Origin: Haliotis rufescens
Lineage: Eukaryota
Assembly: GCF_023055435.1 (NCBI RefSeq)
Contig: NW_025964375.1
Coordinates: 1,054,001 to 1,118,000 of the forward strand
Direction: 5' to 3'
Length of the DNA stretch: 64,000 nucleotides
This document shows, piece after piece, positions 57,056-64,000 of this stretch. A model generated the notes under the pieces. That model ran no database searches. It was not told where the DNA came from and was given only the letters and a program-made list of their open reading frames with translations. How positions within the stretch are numbered: position 1 is the first letter of the stretch; every line of letters begins with the position of its first letter. A program made the position numbers and the translations under genes.

Positions 57056-60000
57056 ATGAAGATTCCTTTCCTTGCTTTGGCATTCCTTGCTGCAACAGCA
57101 AATGCTCATTTGAATGAACCAAGGTTTGCTCCAGGGGTGCCCCCGCCACAGCAACAGCACCATCAACAACCACCTCCACAGCAGCAACAACAACAGTATC
57201 AGCAGCAGCCACCACAACAACAGCAACAACAGTTTCAGCAGCAGCCCCCACAACAACAGCAACAACAGTATCAGCAGCAGCCACCACAACAACAGCAACA
57301 GTACCAGCAGCAACCACCACAGCAGCAGCAGCAACAGTTTCAACAGCAGCAAGTTAATCAGATGAATCAGCAGCAGGTGCCCCCTCCACAGGGAGGTGCA
57401 CAGCCTGTCCATGGTGGACACGGTCATGGACATGGGGACACAATGAAGTTCAGCTCCGACATCCATAATGCTGAGTAAGCTATTTTTTATTTTTTGGTTA
57501 ACACAGACTAGATTATTTTTTTAGAAAATTGGTTGGTGGTTGATATAAATAGAAAACTGCACAATAACAATTTTTTTAAGCGGACATTAAGCATGTAAAT
57601 AGTTTAGTCTGTAGGGTAAAAAAACCATGATCAGTTACAATGAAGTTCAGCTCCGACATCCATAATGCTGAGTAAGCTATTTTTTATTTTTTGGTTAACA
57701 CAGACTAGATTATTTTTTAGAAAATTGGTTGGTGGTTGATATAAAAAGAAAACTGCACAATAACATTTTTTTTAAGCGGCCATTTAAGCATGTAAATAGT
57801 TTAGTCTTTAGGGTAAAAAAAACATGATCAGTTTTATAACTACTATTTGCCACGTCATAAGGTATGTAAACAAGTATTAAAGCAATGGTAATTATTACAC
57901 ACCTACTTCTATGTTTTTAAAGACATTGAAGATTAAACTCACCCTTGGCAATGTTAATTTTTCTATTAGCAGATGTAAGAAATTGATTGTCCTTGTAATT
58001 TTAATTATATTCCACATTTGTGAAAGAAAGAAAGGAAAAAGCTAAGGCTTTTAATGTGAAACAATTGAATGGCATGCTAACCACAATGGATGGCAATTTC
58101 ATTAACACTGTTTGGTACAGATACTGTCACCTGTATCAAGACCCCCTGGTATGGTTTTTATTGGTAATGTTACCTTACCCGACTTCAGTGTGAACATCAA
58201 AGAATTGGATGATTGTTGTTTGTGGCTGTTCTGTTGTGAAAGCCTATGTGACCATAGCAATATCAGGATATTTGCTGATGAGAGACAAGCATGTTGCAAT
58301 CTTGTCATCTTGTAACATCTGCTCATTTTAAATTACTGATATTGTCAGGTGTTGACAATACTCATAAATCTCTATTGACATATGGATTTCTTGCTTGGTT
58401 GATTTTAATTTCATTTAATCACCTGATAGATTGTTTTACTTAGTTACTTATGTTTATGTGCAGGCTTTCACCGTATTGTCCTGTCGTTTCTCTGCTTGCA
58501 GTCTATAATACCAGCAGTAGAAACTTGACAGTTTCAGTCCACTAGTCCTTATAATGATAACATATAGCAAAACCCTTCAAAATGGCATATTTCTTCTAGT
58601 CCTTATGATACCTTAACAGCTGGTCAGTTTGGCAAGGACTATAGGACTAATGTCAATTTCTAATACTGAATACCCACAAATTGCATTGAATCTCACTGTG
58701 TCAGCTGAGTATATTGGTACAGATCAGAACTAGCAGATGACCAGTGACCACTTAATACACTCTCTCACTGGGATCCAGGTACATTTGTGGGCCATCCAGT
58801 TTTAACTCATGTTATCACAGTTGGTATTTATGTTTATTGTTTAGGTAATCAATATTTTTACTTTGATGGGTTCAGTCTATAACATTTGGGTATTTTTTAA
58901 TGAATGAGTACCCTGGGGTAGACCTTTTAAAAAAATATTCTGCTTATAACATGTATAATGCTGTTTCATGGGACATCAGAGTAACAGTAAGTGAGACCTG
59001 GCACTTTTATTTATAATTCACTGCAGTGGAGTTCATGCATGTGTGATGCCTGCATTTGATCCGTGAATGAAGGTCTGTGAGGTAATATAGGCTCCCAAGC
59101 TGAACAGCTTTGCATGAGTGACTTGTATTTCACTGTTGACAAGACCAATGTAAAGGAAGAAGCTTTAATCCTTTGTTCTGTGTTATTTCATTGAATGGGG
59201 TGTTTAAATATCTCTACCAAGGGCCTCTTAAATATCTGACAGTGTTGCCGACATCCATTCAAAACTAATACCAAACATGAATAAATCATTTCTACATGGA
59301 TTGGGATTGGTTTGTGTGGAAAGAATGAGGTACTGCAGAAATTTGGTGAAAAGATAGGAAAATCGGACTACTAGAGCACAGGAGAAATTCATACGGCTAC
59401 GGCCATCTCTGCCACTATGGCAACCCCAGGATGTGGCGGTGAAGGTATTTGCGCTAGACGACAAGTTTGAGGTGTCATTTTGATGGACCTGCATTGTCGT
59501 CTGTGACTTTAATGGTGTCAGGGTCACAGAGCATGGCCAGAACTGCGATGGAGACAAGTTTACTTTAGTGATGAGTTATGTTATATGCTTCGCTGTGCGG
59601 ATGGTAGATGTCGTGTTTACAGGCGTCACAGGGAGTGTTATGCACAAAAATGCATACAGGAGTGATGATGTGGGCAGCCATTTTCTACACTGGTAGAACA
59701 AACCAAGTTCTGGGGAATTTAACGGCACAAGGTTACTGGGGTGAAATTCCCATTATGTGACAAGCAACAAGTGAACGTCTTTTTCCAACAAGACAACATC
59801 CGACTTCAGACGGCAAAACTGACAACAACCTGTTTCAGGAATCACAACATCCAGGTCCTGCCATGGCCCTCCGGGTCTCCAGATTTAAACCCAGTGGAAC
59901 ATTTATGGGCTGCACCTGATCAACGACTGCGAGCATGTTGGCAACAACCACAGAACCTCCAACACTGCAGGCAGTGTGGCTGAACATTCCCCAGGCCACA

Positions 60001-60830
60001 ATTCGCGATCTGATTGCTTCCATAGGACGACAATGCCAGTCAGTTTTGGACTCTAATCATGGCCATACAAGATATTGAGAACATCTTGGAAAATCTGCTG
60101 TTCAATGTGTGACATTTGGAAGCTTGGTCAATGACAATGATTGGTGCCAATTTTGAACAGTTACTTACATACTGTTGATTATTTGTATTATATATAAAAT
60201 ATTCCTCTAAAATCACTTTTAACGTTTCTTTTTTTGCATAGTATATTTAAACTAAATACACCCAAAGGAAGCATTTAGGATCCTGAAGTCACTCAATCTT
60301 AGTAGTGTGGTTGTGTCAATAAATGTATTGTTGTGTTATGAAAGCACCTGATACATACTACTGATATTTCATTATTTTCAATGTCCTCATGAAAATCTGG
60401 GTTAGAATTGGTCTTCAGCAACCCATGATTGTAGTAAGAGGCGACTAACAGGATCAGGTGGTCAGGCTTGTGGACTTGGTTGATGCATGTCATAGTATCC
60501 GAAGTAGGAAGATTGATGCTCATGATGTGAATCACTGGTTTGTCTGTCACAGACTAGATTATGTACAGACTGCCAGCATATAACTGGAAGTTTGCTGAGT
60601 GTGATATAAAACAACAAACAAACAGACAAACAATATTTTCATTGGTGAATGATTGTTTTTTTTTGGCAGGCATGTCATGGAACATCTTGAGAACGTTATT
60701 GAAACCAAACCCAAAGACCAGATGTCTGAAGAAGAACTAGAGTTCCATTACTTTAAGATGCATGACTATGACAACAACAACAAGCTGGATGGTGTAGAGA
60801 TTGGCAAGGCCCTCACACACTACCATGCAG
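57056..60830 (+). CDS. MCFD2: Multiple coagulation factor deficiency protein 2 homolog with Gln/Pro-rich N-terminus (partial; 3' exons probably beyond the window)
   Basis: Exon 57056-57474 encodes the signal peptide [17 protein letters not shown] and QQQPPQQQ repeats. Exon 60670-60830 encodes [44 protein letters not shown] (EF-hand 1). Phases match. A possible further exon starts at 63950 and is unverified. Confidence 0.9.
57147..57376 (+). repeat. Coding CAG/CAA-rich repeat, ~33-36-nt unit encoding [10 protein letters not shown](Q)(Y/F)
   Basis: Seen directly in the sequence and in ORF 57056..57478. Confidence 0.9.
57440..57833 (+). repeat. ~197-bp tandem duplication spanning the MCFD2 exon end and donor
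   Basis: 57440-57636 and 57637-57833 are near-identical, and both contain ...CATAATGCTGA|GTAAGC. Confidence 0.92.
58535..58655 (+). repeat. Unclassified dispersed repeat, inverted relative to ~49585-49705
   Basis: AGTCCACTAGTCCTTATAA...GTCCTTATGATACCTTA...CAGTTTGGCAAGGACTAT is present in both copies. Confidence 0.7.
59270..60245 (+). mobile_element. Decayed Tc1-family transposon in MCFD2 intron
   Basis: Contains FQQDN..., [18 protein letters not shown] and HGHTRY*. The end CGTTTCTTTTTTTGCATAGTATA resembles the reverse complement of the TIR at 27218. Confidence 0.85.
60385..60631 (+). mobile_element. Family C copy in MCFD2 intron
   Basis: Head TGAAAATCTGGGTTAGAATTGGTCTTCAGCAACCCATG..GTAAGAGGCGACTAACAGG and a (CAAA)n tail. 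Confidence 0.87.
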
Positions 60831-62136
60831 GTAGGTTTTACATATAGCATGTATAGATTGATATGTAACAAGTTAGCTCCAGTGTTGATGAAGCTCCATC
60901 AGCTACCCATGTATTATGTATGCAGTGGATTCAATCTCCGGTAATATCAAATTTATGACATATCTATAAGAGACTAACCTGAAGGCAGATTACAATATGT
61001 GTGAAAACTGTGGATCTTTCTTCAGCTATTTCAATATTCTTGATAGTATGGGAGGGAGGGGATTTTTTTCAGTTGTGTTAAAACAAAACCTAAACACTTC
61101 ATGAAGCCAGTTTTTCTTATGGACTTCAACTTTGTTAATCTTTCAATGCGACATTACAGCATAGGTTCTTGTACATTATCACTTGCATTGAAGGAATGAT
61201 GAAGTGAAATCCAAAAGAACCCTGTCTTCAATGATCCCAAACTTCTAAGTACCACTTAGATCTTATAACAAATGATAAAAAAAATCTGACTAGTGTATTA
61301 CCTGCATAATATTGTAGTAAGAAATCAAATAGAACATCAGCTGAATTGAATAACCAGTATTTTGATATTTTACATGTTTTAGATGTTGGAGCTTCTTTAG
61401 CATGTTTACCTTTTCTATCCATGTCATTAAATCAGCATCCTTCATACACTTCAAGTGTAATATACAGTTATACTTTGAATAGACTATCAGAATTAACGGT
61501 TAGACTCTTTTCCAGAGTTATCTCCCTTGTACTGTTGAGAAATAGTGTAAACAAACAGTTGTGAAGTTTGTTTCATTTGTTCAGTTGAACTATATGTATA
61601 AGGAGTATGTTTAATTTCTATATTAACAGCTGGTGGAAGAGATTTGTGCCCTTACTTTATGTTCAGTAGACTGCATGTTTTTTTAGAAGTGTGTGTGTTT
61701 ATTTTTGGCAAACTTGGTAGAGGCAGATAACACGGAATCCCAATTTGTATGTTGTCTCTGTGTGTGGTAAATGGCTCATGTGTGTCATGCCTGTTGTAAA
61801 TGGTGATGGGTATGTTGTTTATAGATTTGTGTGTTGTAATGGTTTATTGTACAGATATGTTTGTGATTAAAACAATAGTGACCTAGAAAGAACAATCCAG
61901 AATTGCAGATTGACATGTATTTAACATGTTTGTGTATTTACCTGTGCGTCAGAACAGCTGGGTTGGAGGACAGTTGTTGGTTCAATGTGTGCAACCCATT
62001 CTAGGTATCCATGAGTGGAATATGGCTGGGAATCAGAAACCTATTTGTTTAATTTATTCAAACGTTTAAATAATTTGACTTAAGATATGTCAAGTTATCA
62101 AATACTGAAGGAAAGACAAATAACTTATGAGTGATT

Positions 62137-62415
62137 GACCCGGCCAAAAAACATTAAAAGATGGTACTTGTTGTTACCCTGTCTGGCGCTCGACATTAAG
62201 GGGCTAAAACACGGACTGATCGGTACGGAGTCAGTATACAGCGTCTGAGTGGGGTATTCATGTTAAGCTGTGGCATGGTATCTCAGTGAGCTAACACTAT
62301 AAATCAGCATTAGGCCAGACTAGTACAAGCAAGTCACACACACGTGCATGCACACTGCTATATAACTGCAATAGTCTTAGACGCGACGTTAAACCCCATT
62401 TCACCTCACCTCACC
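62137..62415 (+). mobile_element. SINE family D copy, 5'-truncated
   Basis: Central domain and TCACCTCACC tail. Confidence 0.85.
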
Positions 62416-63087
62416 CATAAGTGATTGAAGCAATATAAAATCTTCCTCTGTATCATGGGATGAGAATTGATAGACCTGGTAAATATGGGGATGTATTGAC
62501 TTGCTGACTGACTGTATGACTGTCATGGCCTCCATGGCCAGCTGTTACAAACTTTCAGGGATTCTCTCAGATTAAGTTAGCAATAGCTAATGTCACATTA
62601 CTATCAACACCTCTTCTGTGTATTACATTCAAATATCAGTTGACTTAAGAGATTATTTTTCTAAAATCTATATACATGTACATGTTTTTTCATTTGTTAG
62701 TAATGTTGGGTTGTTTTGGTACATTCATTTAAGGGATGTTGTGGGAATCTAATGGTAAGAGTGTCTGCTCATCATATCCTAGACCATGTCAGGATTTCAG
62801 GTTAGAGTGGGTTCCCAGAAACATTTGCTCAGTGGATTGGGTGGTTGGCTTGGTGGCTTGGTTGACTGTAGGCAGTTGACAGCTTGGAACTTTGCTCATA
62901 ATATTAATCACTGGATTGTCTGATCCAGACTTGATTAAGTACAGACCCCCTTTCATGTGTGGAATATTGCTGATTGCGGCATTGAATGACAAGCAGTAAG
63001 ACAAACAAATGATCATATCTGGGAAAAGTGCTGATATTGATGTAATATTGCAAAAAATCTGCTCCGTGGGGATTCAAGGTTAGAATA

Positions 63088-63293
63088 CAAAGTAGAGATA
63101 ATTTATGGATAACAACTTTGTTATTTTCTGTTAAGGTGACGTTTCAGCATAGATCCTTATACCTTAGTCCTTGCTTGACAACAGTATAAGGATCTATACC
63201 GAAACGCCACCTTTATGGTAAATTAGGAAGTTGTTATCCATAAATTATCTCTACTTTGTCATCTCTCAACTTCTGAGTAACGCCTATCAAACA
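63088..63293. mobile_element. Palindromic insertion, possibly Penelope-derived
   Basis: Perfect 32-bp inverted arms at 63087-63118 and 63228-63259, plus imperfect inner arms. Flanked by the 16-bp direct repeat ATTCAAG(G/A)TTAGAATA. Confidence 0.75.
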
Positions 63294-63467
63294 ATTCAAG
63301 ATTAGAATAGGTCACCAGCAATCTATTCTGGTTGCAAGCTGCATGGATCAGGTGGTCAGGCTTGGTGACTTGATTGCATGTCAAGTAACCCAGACAGAGT
63401 GGATCGACAGAGTGGATCGTCAGAGTGGATCGTCAGATACCCCTACTGTGTGTGTGTGTGTGTGTGT

Positions 63468-63758
63468 GGGGGGGGGGGGGGCACGGGTGGCCCAGTCATC
63501 TAAGGCGTTGCAATTCGATGTGCAAAGTTGCGTCACTTGGGCGTCCCAGAAACCTGTGATTGTGGGTTCGAATCCCGGTTCACATCGATTATGTTTCTAG
63601 GTTTGTCAGCACCATACCCATGCTCGTTTGTTTCACCGAAGTGGTAAACGTCTGAGACCTGCATCACTTTGGGCTTTCCTCCCACATTAAGCTGACACGC
63701 CGCAATATAACTGGAATACTGTTAAACACGGCGTTAAAACAACCTACTCACTCACTCA
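63468..63758 (+). mobile_element. SINE family B copy nested in a family C element
   Basis: Full head and tail, with TSD-like CCCTAC(T/A)GTGTG flanks. Confidence 0.88.
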
Positions 63759-64000
63759 CCCTACAGTGTGGATCATTGCTCATAATGTCTATCAGTGAAA
63801 TGTTAGGTCCAGACTCGATTACTGGCCACTGTCATATCTATAGCTGGAATAATGCTGAATGCACCATTAAAAAACATACAAACAAAAGTGAACAATCCTC
63901 TAACACATATTCATTCATGGTTTGACACAAGTTCTGTACTCCATTTCAGATAAAAAACTAAAGAAAGGTTCTTCTTATATTGAGAAACCATCACACGATG

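Larger units (their letters stand above)
63063..63888 (+). mobile_element. Family C copy carrying two nested insertions
   Basis: The head is split at 63087/63310 by a palindromic element and the body is split at ~63441/63771 by a family B SINE. Confidence 0.75.

Noticed and set aside
57020-57466. Leu-rich membrane protein ORFs on the minus strand
   Set aside because: Antisense shadow of the MCFD2 CAG/CAA repeat.
60385-60455. Canonical HDV-like, hammerhead or twister ribozyme in the family C head
   Set aside because: I could not place the required core elements (P1.1/L3, CUGANGA plus GAAA, or twister T1/T2) by eye. It is kept only as an unclassified structured candidate.

Overview
AT-rich, intron-containing animal genomic DNA. 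The SINE repertoire suggests a gastropod mollusc, possibly abalone (Haliotis); this is inferred, not verified. Five spliced housekeeping genes can be rebuilt exon by exon with consistent splice phases: PSMC1/Rpt2 (-), a TTC9-family TPR gene (-), EIF3K (+, with a U12-type-looking intron), TAF1A (-) and the 5' part of a Gln-rich MCFD2 (+). They form two head-to-head pairs. The remainder is dense with repeats: four short retroposon families sharing a 3' tail motif, three decayed Tc1 transposases, hAT- and Tigger-like MITEs, minisatellites, a kinesin-3 pseudo-exon and a FLYWCH fragment. The most unusual signal is the most abundant retroposon, called family C here. It has no tRNA-like head. Its target-site-duplication (TSD)-defined 5' end is instead a ~67-nt predicted pseudoknot plus hairpin, a candidate ribozyme or structured RNA element that remains untested.
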